From contig JALELM010000014.1 in NCBI GenBank assembly GCA_022771805.1, positions 1 to 24,000 of the forward strand: a stretch of DNA of 24,000 nucleotides, in the 5' to 3' direction. Under the pieces are notes generated by a model. It saw only the letters and a program-made list of their open reading frames with translations, was not told the origin of the DNA and searched no databases. Below are positions 7,928 to 16,654 of the stretch, in pieces. The position numbers and the translations under genes are program-made. Source of the DNA: Veillonellaceae bacterium (GTDB lineage Bacteria > Bacillota > Negativicutes > Veillonellales > Negativicoccaceae). Within the stretch, counting starts at the first letter, position 1. Each line of letters opens with the position of its first letter.

Positions 7928-8878
7928 ATGTCATTTGCGATGCGGGTAAAAGACGAGCTGGCGCGGGAAATCCCCGCGACGGCCGAAGCGCGGCGCGCCG
8001 AAATGGCGGCCCTGCTGCGAATGGGAGGTCAGCTGCTGATGGGGAGCGGCGGTGCGGGCGTGTTGTTTCGCACGCATCACAATGCGACGGCGCGCAAAAC
8101 CTGGGGCTATATCAAGGAATTTGCCGCCGATGTGCCGCAAATTATGGTGCAGCAGACGCCGAAATTACGCAAAAAGAATTTATATACATTGCGGATCGCG
8201 CCGGGGCCGGAGGGGTATCGTTTCCTCGCGGAGGCGGGCTTTCTGCCGGTGACGGAGATCGACGACGACCGGCTGTATCGCGGGCAGGAAGTGCGCCGGG
8301 CGTACCTGCGCGGGGCGTTCCTCGGCGGCGGCTCGGTGAATCGGCCGCAGGGGGATTACCACCTCGAGTTCGTGACGGAGTCGGCGGCATTTGCTCAGGC
8401 TCTGCTGCGGATGCTGAAAAGTTTTCAGCTGGAGGGGCGGGTCGTCGAGCGCAAGGATGATTACATCGTGTACCTCAAGACGGGGGAAGCCGTAGCGGAA
8501 CTGCTCGGGATCATGGGGGCGGCGAGTGCGCTGCTGGAATTTGAAAACGTGCGGGTTCTGAAAGATATGCGAAACCGTGTCAATCGGGTCGTGAATTGCG
8601 AAACGGCGAATCTGCAAAAGACGGTGGATGCGGCGGTGCGGCAGGTACAGGCGATCGAGACGATTGCGAAGTATCGCCCGCTGCACACCTTGCCGCCGCG
8701 CTTGCGGGAAGCGGCGGAATTGCGCCTGGCGCATCCGGATGCACCGCTGCAGGAGCTGGTGGAGGAGCTGGGCGGGATCACGCGCTCGGGGCTGTATCAT
8801 CGGTATCGGAAACTGGCGGACATGGCGGCGGAATTGGCGGCCGCAGCCGGAGAGGAGTCGGCATGCAACGGACAGTAA
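7928..8878 (+). CDS. whiA: DNA-binding protein WhiA
   Basis: N-terminus MSFAMRVKDELA, degenerate LAGLIDADG-type core (YLRGAFLGGGSV), C-terminal HTH (LQELVEELGGITRSGLYHRYRKL). Conserved yvcJ-yvcK-whiA order. AAAGGAG RBS. Confidence 0.93.
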   Translation: MSFAMRVKDELAREIPATAEARRAEMAALLRMGGQLLMGSGGAGVLFRTHHNATARKTWGYIKEFAADVPQIMVQQTPKLRKKNLYTLRIAPGPEGYRFLAEAGFLPVTEIDDDRLYRGQEVRRAYLRGAFLGGGSVNRPQGDYHLEFVTESAAFAQALLRMLKSFQLEGRVVERKDDYIVYLKTGEAVAELLGIMGAASALLEFENVRVLKDMRNRVNRVVNCETANLQKTVDAAVRQVQAIETIAKYRPLHTLPPRLREAAELRLAHPDAPLQELVEELGGITRSGLYHRYRKLADMAAELAAAAGEESACNGQ

Positions 8879-9978
8879 AGGGGATATTGTACGGGGCGGT
8901 GTTGGCGAGTAGCGGCGCGGCATTCGCCACAGGGGCGGCACCGCAAGCGCCGCAGGAAATTCATTGGGCGGCGGAGCACGCCGCATTGGCGAAGTATGAC
9001 GTGCAGGATAATCAGGCGACATTGCTGTTTTCCAACAGTCCGGAGACGGTGACGGCGTACGGGAAATTGTTCCGCGGTACGCTGAACGGGCTCGGGAGAC
9101 TGTACTGGTATCATCTGAACGGAACGGAGAAGTCGCTGTATATCAATGTGTATGCGGAAGCGGCAGAGGATGCGGTCGTGCTGTTGCGGCGGCGAGTGAC
9201 GGCGGCACCGAGCCGGGACTATGCCGAGCACGGGCTGGCGCTGTCGCGGGCGGAAGCCGAAGCGGGCGCGCGAGAAGAAGTCGTGCGGCTTGCGGCGGGC
9301 GAAGTGCAGCGGCTGGCGGTCTGCGAGCAGCGACTGCGCAGCGGGGAATTGGGCTCCGCTCTGCTCGACTTGCAGACGACGGGCGAGGTGCGGTTTTATG
9401 TCACGGCGACGCGGGTGGCGGAGGTGTCGGCTCGCAGCCGGGAACGGCTGCCGGAATTAGCGGCGGACGGGCTGCACGATCGCGGGACGTTTCCGGCGAC
9501 GATGCGGCGGATCCGGCTGCATTACACGCCGGCGCGGGACGGCCTGCAAGTATTGTATCTGGCGGACGGCGCGCATGACGAGTTCCTCGCCGGGCGCGAC
9601 GAGCTCGGCGAGACGGCGGCGAAACTGCGCGGCAATTACGGGCTCACGTATCGGCTGACGGTGGCAAGCGACGGTCTCGGTCCGTACAGCCTGTATTTCA
9701 ATCCGCAGGGCGGCGCATATGCCGGCGTGCTGAACGACTATACCCGCGGCCGGCGTACCGTGGCCTTGCATACGGCACCGGGGGAGACGGCCTTGGGAAC
9801 GGATACGTTGCTTGCGGCGGTACGGATCGGCAGCTACGAGACGGGCGGCTCGGTCGTGCTGGAGTGGCTTCCGGCGGGGGCGTCGAATCTGCCCGTGCGG
9901 CTCTGGCTGGCGCCGGATCGCAGCCGCGAGCGACCGCTGCCCGAGCGGCAGGAAACGGACGAACAAGAGAATCCGTGA
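8863..9978 (+). CDS. hypothetical exported protein (signal peptide, no family recognised)
   Basis: ATG 8863 is preceded by GGAGAGGAG and overlaps the whiA stop by 16 nt. N-terminus MQRTVKGILYGAVLASSGAAFATGAAP looks like a Sec signal peptide. The frame is codon-biased like its neighbours. The ORF-track start 8596 lies inside whiA and is rejected. Confidence 0.75.
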   Translation: MQRTVKGILYGAVLASSGAAFATGAAPQAPQEIHWAAEHAALAKYDVQDNQATLLFSNSPETVTAYGKLFRGTLNGLGRLYWYHLNGTEKSLYINVYAEAAEDAVVLLRRRVTAAPSRDYAEHGLALSRAEAEAGAREEVVRLAAGEVQRLAVCEQRLRSGELGSALLDLQTTGEVRFYVTATRVAEVSARSRERLPELAADGLHDRGTFPATMRRIRLHYTPARDGLQVLYLADGAHDEFLAGRDELGETAAKLRGNYGLTYRLTVASDGLGPYSLYFNPQGGAYAGVLNDYTRGRRTVALHTAPGETALGTDTLLAAVRIGSYETGGSVVLEWLPAGASNLPVRLWLAPDRSRERPLPERQETDEQENP

Positions 9979-10007
9979 TTGACATTTTCAGCGTAACGCG
10001 GTACTAT
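9979..10007 (+). promoter_or_regulatory. sigma-A type promoter of the pyr operon (TTGACA-17-TACTAT)
   Basis: TTGACA 9979-9984, 17-nt spacer, TACTAT 10002-10007, directly after the upstream stop codon. Confidence 0.75.
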
Positions 10008-10060
10008 ATTACAGACGGTACGAGAGACCGTAAATATAACACGGCGAGAAGCCATGACGT

Positions 10061-10091
10061 CTTTTAACTTAGTCCCGTGAGGCTAAAAAAG
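10061..10091 (+). promoter_or_regulatory. PyrR-binding (anti-antiterminator) hairpin of a pyr attenuator
   Basis: CUUUUAACUUAGUCCCGUGAGGCUAAAAAAG: lower stem CUUUU/AAAAG, upper stem UUAG/CUAA, loop UCCCGUGAGG. It matches the PyrR box core AGUCCnGnGAGGCU preceded by UUUAA. Confidence 0.8.
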
Positions 10092-10112
10092 ATGGGCGCA
10101 ATTTTTGTGTGC

Positions 10113-10147
10113 AACCTCTTTGTCTGCGGGCAAAGAGGTTTTTTGTT
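10113..10147 (+). terminator. attenuator terminator in the pyr leader
   Basis: Perfect 10-bp stem AACCTCTTTG / CAAAGAGGTT, loop TCTGCGGG, then TTTTGTT, 17 nt before the pyrB start. GAGG...AAAAAA of the PyrR hairpin can alternatively pair with UUUUU...CCUC (candidate antiterminator). Confidence 0.8.
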
Positions 10148-10163
10148 ACAAAGGAGGATACGC

Positions 10164-11123
10164 ATGAGCGGTTGGCAGGGGCGCTCACTCATCGACTTGG
10201 CATCGGTGAGTGCGGCCGATATCGAAGCGATTTTGGCCGACGCGGCAGTGATGAAGCGGTTTATTCTGCGCGGCGCGAAGAAAACGGATTTGTTGCGCGG
10301 GAAGTCGATAGTCAATGTCTTCGCGGAGAATTCGACACGGACGAGGAGCTCGTTTGAGCTTGCGGGGAAGTATCTCGGCGCGGATGTCATCAATATCACG
10401 CAGAGCACGAGCTCGATGACGAAAGGGGAAAGTTTGCGCGACACCCTGCTGACGGTGGCGGCGATGGCGACGGATGCGATCGTCATGCGGCACAGCGCGT
10501 CGGGAGCGGCGGCGTATGCGGTGGAAATCGGGAAGCATTTCCCCGGGTTTCCGGTCGTCATCAATGCGGGCGACGGGCTGCACGCGCATCCCTCGCAGGG
10601 GCTGCTGGATCTGTTCACCGTGCGGGAGAAAAAAGGACGCATCGCCGGGCTGAAATATGTCATTGTCGGTGATGTGCGGCATTCGCGGGTCGCGCGCAGC
10701 GACATCTACGGCTTCACCAAGCTCGGCGCGGAGGTGCACCTGGTCGGGCCGAAGACGCTCGTGCCGCGGGAATTGGCGGAGACGGGCGCGGTTATCCACA
10801 CGGATCTCGCCGAAGGACTGGCGGGGGCGGCTGCGATCCAGATCCTGCGGCTGCAGGAAGAACGCGCGGCGGCGGGGTTCATCCCGAACCGGCGCGAGTA
10901 TGCGCGCACGTTCGGGATCGGCTCGGAACTGTTGGCGCGGGTGGCGCCGGAGGCGATGATCATGCATCCGGGGCCGATCAATCGCGGGGTGGAAATCTCG
11001 CATGAGCTGGCCTACGGCGAGCAGGCATTTTTGCAGGAACAGGTACGCAATGGGGTGGCCGTTCGCATGGCGATTTTGAATCAGTTACTGAACGGAGGTC
11101 GGGGTCTTGAAACGCTTGCTTAA
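10164..11123 (+). CDS. pyrB: aspartate carbamoyltransferase catalytic subunit
   Basis: ENSTRTRSSFE (STRTR), LHAHPSQGLLD (HPxQ), IMHPGPINRG. AAGGAGG lies 6 nt upstream of ATG 10164. The ORF-track start 10077 lies in the leader. Confidence 0.95.
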   Translation: MSGWQGRSLIDLASVSAADIEAILADAAVMKRFILRGAKKTDLLRGKSIVNVFAENSTRTRSSFELAGKYLGADVINITQSTSSMTKGESLRDTLLTVAAMATDAIVMRHSASGAAAYAVEIGKHFPGFPVVINAGDGLHAHPSQGLLDLFTVREKKGRIAGLKYVIVGDVRHSRVARSDIYGFTKLGAEVHLVGPKTLVPRELAETGAVIHTDLAEGLAGAAAIQILRLQEERAAAGFIPNRREYARTFGIGSELLARVAPEAMIMHPGPINRGVEISHELAYGEQAFLQEQVRNGVAVRMAILNQLLNGGRGLETLA

Positions 11124-12399
11124 AAACGGTACCGTCGTCAATCCCGCCGCGGGAAACACGGCTGTCGGCGATGTTCTTTTCGAGGACGGCGTGATTCTGC
11201 AGGTCGGCGGCACGATTGAGGCGACGGCGGATATGGAAGTGTACGATGTGACGGGAAAAATCGTCACGCCGGGTCTGATCGATATGCATGTGCATCTGCG
11301 CGAGCCGGGGCAGGAGGCGAAGGAAAGTATCGTGACGGGTACGCGCGCCGCCGCGGCCGGCGGGTTCACCCGGGTGGCGACGATGGCGAACACGACGCCG
11401 GTCATCGACAATTTGGTCGTGTTCAACGGCGTGCGGGAACGGATTCGGCAGGAAGCGCGCGTGAAGGTGGAGATCATCGGCGCGGTTTCGCAGAATTTGG
11501 AAGGCAAGGTGCTGTCGGATATGGGGGATATGGCGGCGGCGGGCGCGGTCGCTTTCTCCGACGACGGGGCGTACATTCAGAGCGCGGAGTTCATGCGGCG
11601 CGCTTTGGAATATGCATCGACTTTCGGCAAAATGGTCATCGACCATGCGGAAGACACGACCATGACCGCACACGGCTGCATGCACGAAGGCCCCTGCTCG
11701 GTGGCGCTCGGCTTGGAAGGTCGGCCGCGGGCGGCGGAGGATCTCGCGGTCGCACGCGATTTGCTGCTGGCGGAGATGACGGGGGCGCATATCCATATCG
11801 CGCACGTCAGCTCGGCGCGGGCGGTCGAATTGGTACGGGCGGCGAAGGCGCGCGGCGTGCGGTGTACGGCGGAAGTCACGGCGCATCACCTCTCGCTGAC
11901 GGACGAAGAAATCCGCGCGGGTTACGATACGGCGTTCAAGGTCGCGCCGCCGTTGCGCGAGGAAAGCGATCGGGCAGCGCTGCTGGCGGGGCTGGCGGAC
12001 GGCACGCTGGATGCCGTGGTGACGGATCATTCCCCGCACGCGGCGGAGGAAAAGGACGTGCCGTTCTGCTGCGCGCCGAACGGGATGAGCGGCTTGGAAA
12101 CATCGCTTGCGGCGGTGGTCACGTATGCCTTGGAAGCCGGGCATATCGACTGGGAGCGTCTGGTCGATGCGATGTCGGTGCAGCCGGCTCGCCTGCTCGG
12201 CGTGGCGGCCGGGGTACTGGAGGCAGGCGCGGCGGCGGACATTACGGTGATTGATCCGCAGGCACGTTGGACGGTGGAAACCGATAAATTGTACACGTTG
12301 TCACTCTACTCGCCCTTTGCCGGTAAGGAATTGCGCGGCAAAGCGGTGCAGACTTGGGTGGACGGTGAATTGGTAATGGAAAACGGGAGGGTACGATGA
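11107..12399 (+). CDS. pyrC: dihydroorotase
   Basis: LIDMHVHLREPG, HIAHVSS, VTDHSPH metal-ligand motifs. TTG start with GGAGGT 7 nt upstream. Overlaps pyrB by 17 nt. Confidence 0.93.
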   Translation: MKRLLKNGTVVNPAAGNTAVGDVLFEDGVILQVGGTIEATADMEVYDVTGKIVTPGLIDMHVHLREPGQEAKESIVTGTRAAAAGGFTRVATMANTTPVIDNLVVFNGVRERIRQEARVKVEIIGAVSQNLEGKVLSDMGDMAAAGAVAFSDDGAYIQSAEFMRRALEYASTFGKMVIDHAEDTTMTAHGCMHEGPCSVALGLEGRPRAAEDLAVARDLLLAEMTGAHIHIAHVSSARAVELVRAAKARGVRCTAEVTAHHLSLTDEEIRAGYDTAFKVAPPLREESDRAALLAGLADGTLDAVVTDHSPHAAEEKDVPFCCAPNGMSGLETSLAAVVTYALEAGHIDWERLVDAMSVQPARLLGVAAGVLEAGAAADITVIDPQARWTVETDKLYTLSLYSPFAGKELRGKAVQTWVDGELVMENGRVR

Positions 12400-13448
12400 A
12401 AGCCGGATATCTCTACTTGGCAGACGGCAGGAAATTCGGCGGTTACCTCGTCGGTGCGGCGGGCACGGCGGGCGAAGTGGTGTTCACCACGGGCATGACC
12501 GGCTACGAAGAGAGCGTGACGGATCCCGCCAATGCGGGGCGGATCCTGGTCTGCACCTATCCGATCATCGGGGCGTACGGAGTCAATCGCAACGCCAGCC
12601 GGAGCGAGCACGCACAGGCGGCGGGGCTGGTCGTGGCGGAACTCGTGCGGCAGCCGTCCAACTGGGAAAGCGAGGGCGATCTCCCGAGTTTCCTGCGGGA
12701 ACAGAAGGTGCCCTGCCTTTGCGGTGCGGATACGCGGGCGATTACGCGCGCCGTGCGTGAAGCGGGCGGCAATCTGCGCGGCATCATCGCGGCAGCGGAA
12801 GACGAGGAACGGGCGCTCGCGGCGCTGCGCGAGCCGGCAGTGCGCCCGGCGGTGAGCACACCCGTGGCGTATCGCACGGGTGAAGGGCATCGGCCGGTCG
12901 TCGTGCTGGATCTCGGCGTGACCCGCGACTGTCTGGCGGCGCTTTCCGCCGCGGACTGCCGGCTGACGGTGGTACCGGCGACGACGACTGCGGCGCAAAT
13001 TCGCAAGCTGCAGCCGGCGGCCGTCTACGTGAGCAACGGGCCGGACGATCCGGCGGAGCGGGACGATGTCGTCGCGACGCTGTGCGAATTGCGGGAGGAA
13101 TACCCGATCTTCGGCGCGGGGCTCGGCTTCCTGCTGCTGGCACGAGCGTGCGGCGCGACTGCGGAGAAATTGCCGGTCGGTCGGCGGGGGAACAGTTATC
13201 CCGTGCGCGATGAAGAGGGCGCCATTGCCATGACATGCCAGAATCAGGACTACGCGCTTGTTGCGGAGAGTCTGCCGGCGGAGCTGCAGGTAACGCATCG
13301 CTTTATCCATGACGGCGGCGTCCAGGGCTTCCGCCATGCGACTTTGCCGTTGGCGGGCGTGGCCTATTATCCGCAGTTGACACCGGGGCACAAGGAAGCG
13401 CCCGCGGAATTGGTAGGCTGGCTGGACGCCGGGGAGGAGAGAGCATGA
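12396..13448 (+). CDS. carA: carbamoyl-phosphate synthase small subunit homolog with degenerate glutaminase active site
   Basis: The N-domain is typical (GEVVFTTGMTGYEESVTDP, TYPIIGAYGVN), and SNGPDDP is present. The GATase motifs are altered: GICLGHQ -> GAGLGFL, and QxHPEA -> AYYPQL. ATGA overlap with pyrC; GGGAGGG RBS. Confidence 0.88.
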   Translation: MKAGYLYLADGRKFGGYLVGAAGTAGEVVFTTGMTGYEESVTDPANAGRILVCTYPIIGAYGVNRNASRSEHAQAAGLVVAELVRQPSNWESEGDLPSFLREQKVPCLCGADTRAITRAVREAGGNLRGIIAAAEDEERALAALREPAVRPAVSTPVAYRTGEGHRPVVVLDLGVTRDCLAALSAADCRLTVVPATTTAAQIRKLQPAAVYVSNGPDDPAERDDVVATLCELREEYPIFGAGLGFLLLARACGATAEKLPVGRRGNSYPVRDEEGAIAMTCQNQDYALVAESLPAELQVTHRFIHDGGVQGFRHATLPLAGVAYYPQLTPGHKEAPAELVGWLDAGEERA

Positions 13449-16400
13449 AACAAGCAAACAAGGTATTGGTAATCGGTTCCGGTCCGATCGTAATCGGTCA
13501 GGCGGCGGAATTCGACTACGCAGGCACACAGGCTTGTCTCGCGCTGAAAGAGGAAGGCTGTGAAGTCGTCCTCATCAACAGCAATCCGGCGACAATCATG
13601 ACAGATACGGATATCGCGGATCGGGTCTACATCGAGCCGCTGACTCCGGAGTTTGTGACGGCGGTCATCGCCAAAGAACGGCCGGACGGCATTTTGGCGA
13701 CACTCGGCGGGCAGACGGGGCTGAACCTGGCGTTGGTGCTCGCGGAAAACGGCACGCTCGAACGCTACGGCGTGAAGCTGCTCGGCACTCGCATCGAAGC
13801 GATCCGCAAGGCGGAGGATCGCGAACTCTTCAAGGAAGCCATGCAGGAAATCAAGCAGCCGGTGCCGGAAAGCCGGATCTGCAACGCCTTGGAAGAAGCG
13901 GTGGCGTTCGGAGAGGAAATCGGCTATCCGCTCATCATTCGGCCGGCCTTTACCCTCGGCGGTACGGGCGGCGGCGTGGTGCATAACGAGGCGGAAATGC
14001 GCGAAATCGGTCAGCGCGGGCTGGTGCTGAGCCCGATTCATCAGATCCTCGTGGAACGCTCGGTCGCGGGCTGGAAGGAAATCGAATACGAAGTCATGCG
14101 CGACGGTCGCGACAACGCAATTATTATCTGTAATATGGAAAATATCGACCCGGTCGGCGTGCACACGGGCGACAGTATCGTCGTCGCCCCGAGTCAGACG
14201 CTGACGGCGGGACAGGCGGGAATGCTGCGGACGGCTTCGCTCGACATTATCCGCTACCTGCAGATCGAAGGCGGTTGCAATATTCAGTACGCCCTGGATC
14301 CGCAGTCGAACCAATACTATGTGATCGAAGTGAACCCGCGCATGAGCCGCTCCAGTGCGCTCGCCTCCAAAGCGACCGGCTACCCGATCGCCAAGGTGGC
14401 GGCGAAAGTGGCACTGGGCAAGGGCTTGGACGAAATCGCCAATGCCGTGACGGGAACGACGACGGCGGCGTACGAACCGACAATCGACTATGTCGTGCTG
14501 AAAATTCCGCGCTGGCCTTTTGAAAAATTCAACCTGGCGGATCGCGAACTCGGCACGCAGATGAACGCGACGGGGGAAGTCATGGCGCTCGCCGCCAATC
14601 TTCCGGCGGGGATTCAGAAGGCGGTCAGGTCGCTCGAAATCGGGGCGGATTCGCTCTATTTGCCGAAGTTGGAACATCTGTCGCATTATGATATCAAGAT
14701 GCTCTTGCGGCGAGTGGACGACGAACGGCTCTTCGTGGTCGCGGAAGCGTTGCGGCGCGGTTTCGAAGTGGAGGAGATCACGGCGGTGACGAAGATGGAC
14801 GCGTTCTTCATCACGCAGATCCAACACCTCATCGACTGCGAGCGGGAGCTGATGAACCACGGCTTGCAGGCGGAAATCGTGCGCCGGGCGAAGTATCTCG
14901 GCTTCCCGGACAGCCGGATCGCCGCGCTGGTGCATGAGGATGTCGCGGCGGTGCGGGCACTGCGCGAGCGGGAAGGTCTGCATCCGGTCTACCGCACGGT
15001 GGATACCTGCGCCGGCGAATTTGCGGCAAACTCGCCGTACTGCTACTCGGCCTACGGCGTGGCGGACGAGGTGAAGCCGCTGCAAAAAAGCGTGATGGTG
15101 CTCGGCTCGGGGCCGATCCGGATCGGGCAGGGGGTCGAGTTCGACTACTGCTCGGTGCAGGCGATTCGCGCGCTCAAGAGTTACGGCTACGAAGCGATCA
15201 TGGTCAACAACAATCCGGAAACGGTGTCTACGGATTCCGATATGTCGGATGCGCTCTATTTCGAGCCGCTGACGGCGGAAGACGTGCAGGAAATCATTCG
15301 TAAAGAAAAGCCGGAAGGGGTCATCACTCAATTCGGCGGGCAGACGGCGATTAATCTGGCGGGCAAGTTGGCCGCAGCCGGCGCGCCGCTGATCGGTACG
15401 GATGTGGACGGGGTCGATCTCGCCGAAGACCGCAAGCGTTTCGATGCGCTGCTCGGCTCGCTCGGGATCAGCCGGCCGCGCGGTTGCATGGTGACATCCA
15501 TGCAGGAAGCCGCACAGGCTACGGCGGGGCTGAATTATCCGCTGATCGTTCGGCCGAGTTATGTCCTCGGCGGGCGGGCGATGCAGATCGTTTACCGACC
15601 GCGCGAACTGGAAGCCTACCTGCGCGAGGCGGTGGTCGCTTCCGCGGCACATCCCGTCCTGATTGACGAGTACCTGGTCGGACAGGAACTGGAAGTCGAT
15701 GCGCTCTGTGACGGCACGGATGTGTTCATTCCGGGGATCATGGAACAAATCGAACGGGCGGGCGTTCACTCCGGTGACAGCATCGCGGTATTTCCGCCGC
15801 AACACGTTGCCGCGGAAATCCGGGAGCAGGTCGTCGATTATACGGAACGGATCGCCCGCGCGCTGCAGATTCGCGGGATCGTAAATATTCAGTACATTGT
15901 GGCGGACGGCAAACTCTATGTGATCGAAGTGAACCCGCGCTCCAGTCGGACGGTGCCGTTCATGTCGAAAGTGACGGGCTACAACCTGGTGGCGCTGGCG
16001 ACGGGGATCTGCGTGGGCAAGACGCTCGCGGAACTCGGGATTCGTCCGGGCGCGGCGCTCGCACCGAAGTATGTCGCGGTCAAAGCGCCGGTGTTCTCCT
16101 TTGCGAAACTGGGGCTCGTCGAGATCGCTCTCGGTCCGGAAATGAAATCGACCGGGGAAGTCATGGGGATCGGCAGCGATTATTCGGACGCGCTCTATCG
16201 GGCGGTAGTCGGCGCGTACATGAACATTCCCGACAACGGTACGGTACTGATCACGGTCAGCGACCGCGACAAAACGGAAATGGCGGCGCTGGCAAAGGAA
16301 TTTGTCGCGCACGGCTATCGGATCATGGCGACGGCCGGTACGGGGCATTACCTGCAAGAGCAGGGAATTCCCGTGCAGATCGTCAACAAAATGCACGAAG

Positions 16401-16654
16401 GCGGCGATATCAACTGCGCGACGGTATTGCGAGAAGGCGATGTCGACATGGTCATCAATACGATCACCTACGGCAAGCGGCCGGAACGCGAAGGTTTCCG
16501 TCTGCGCCGGCTGGCGGTCGAGCTCGGTATCCCCTGCCTCACCGCGCTCGATACGACGCGGGAAGTGGTTCGTGTCCTGCGGGAACGGGCGGACGAAAAG
16601 TTGCCGCAAGTGAAAGCCGTGCAGGACTATCAACAGGAGAATGCACATGCGTAA
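13445..16654 (+). CDS. carB: carbamoyl-phosphate synthase large subunit
   Basis: 1069 aa with duplicated ATP-grasp halves (VLVIGSGPIVIGQAAEFDYAGTQA; VMVLGSGPIRIGQGVEFDYCSVQA) and a C-terminal MGS-like domain. ATGA overlap with carA. Confidence 0.97.
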   Translation: MKQANKVLVIGSGPIVIGQAAEFDYAGTQACLALKEEGCEVVLINSNPATIMTDTDIADRVYIEPLTPEFVTAVIAKERPDGILATLGGQTGLNLALVLAENGTLERYGVKLLGTRIEAIRKAEDRELFKEAMQEIKQPVPESRICNALEEAVAFGEEIGYPLIIRPAFTLGGTGGGVVHNEAEMREIGQRGLVLSPIHQILVERSVAGWKEIEYEVMRDGRDNAIIICNMENIDPVGVHTGDSIVVAPSQTLTAGQAGMLRTASLDIIRYLQIEGGCNIQYALDPQSNQYYVIEVNPRMSRSSALASKATGYPIAKVAAKVALGKGLDEIANAVTGTTTAAYEPTIDYVVLKIPRWPFEKFNLADRELGTQMNATGEVMALAANLPAGIQKAVRSLEIGADSLYLPKLEHLSHYDIKMLLRRVDDERLFVVAEALRRGFEVEEITAVTKMDAFFITQIQHLIDCERELMNHGLQAEIVRRAKYLGFPDSRIAALVHEDVAAVRALREREGLHPVYRTVDTCAGEFAANSPYCYSAYGVADEVKPLQKSVMVLGSGPIRIGQGVEFDYCSVQAIRALKSYGYEAIMVNNNPETVSTDSDMSDALYFEPLTAEDVQEIIRKEKPEGVITQFGGQTAINLAGKLAAAGAPLIGTDVDGVDLAEDRKRFDALLGSLGISRPRGCMVTSMQEAAQATAGLNYPLIVRPSYVLGGRAMQIVYRPRELEAYLREAVVASAAHPVLIDEYLVGQELEVDALCDGTDVFIPGIMEQIERAGVHSGDSIAVFPPQHVAAEIREQVVDYTERIARALQIRGIVNIQYIVADGKLYVIEVNPRSSRTVPFMSKVTGYNLVALATGICVGKTLAELGIRPGAALAPKYVAVKAPVFSFAKLGLVEIALGPEMKSTGEVMGIGSDYSDALYRAVVGAYMNIPDNGTVLITVSDRDKTEMAALAKEFVAHGYRIMATAGTGHYLQEQGIPVQIVNKMHEGGDINCATVLREGDVDMVINTITYGKRPEREGFRLRRLAVELGIPCLTALDTTREVVRVLRERADEKLPQVKAVQDYQQENAHA

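Noticed and set aside
8596-8862. N-terminal extensions proposed by the ORF track (8596, and also 2468, 3996, 4765, 5615, 10077, 17330, 18597, 20292 on minus)
   Set aside because: The extensions run through the upstream gene or leader, lack an RBS, and encode Arg/Gly-rich junk. Internal starts with good Shine-Dalgarno sequences reproduce the canonical N-termini of the families.
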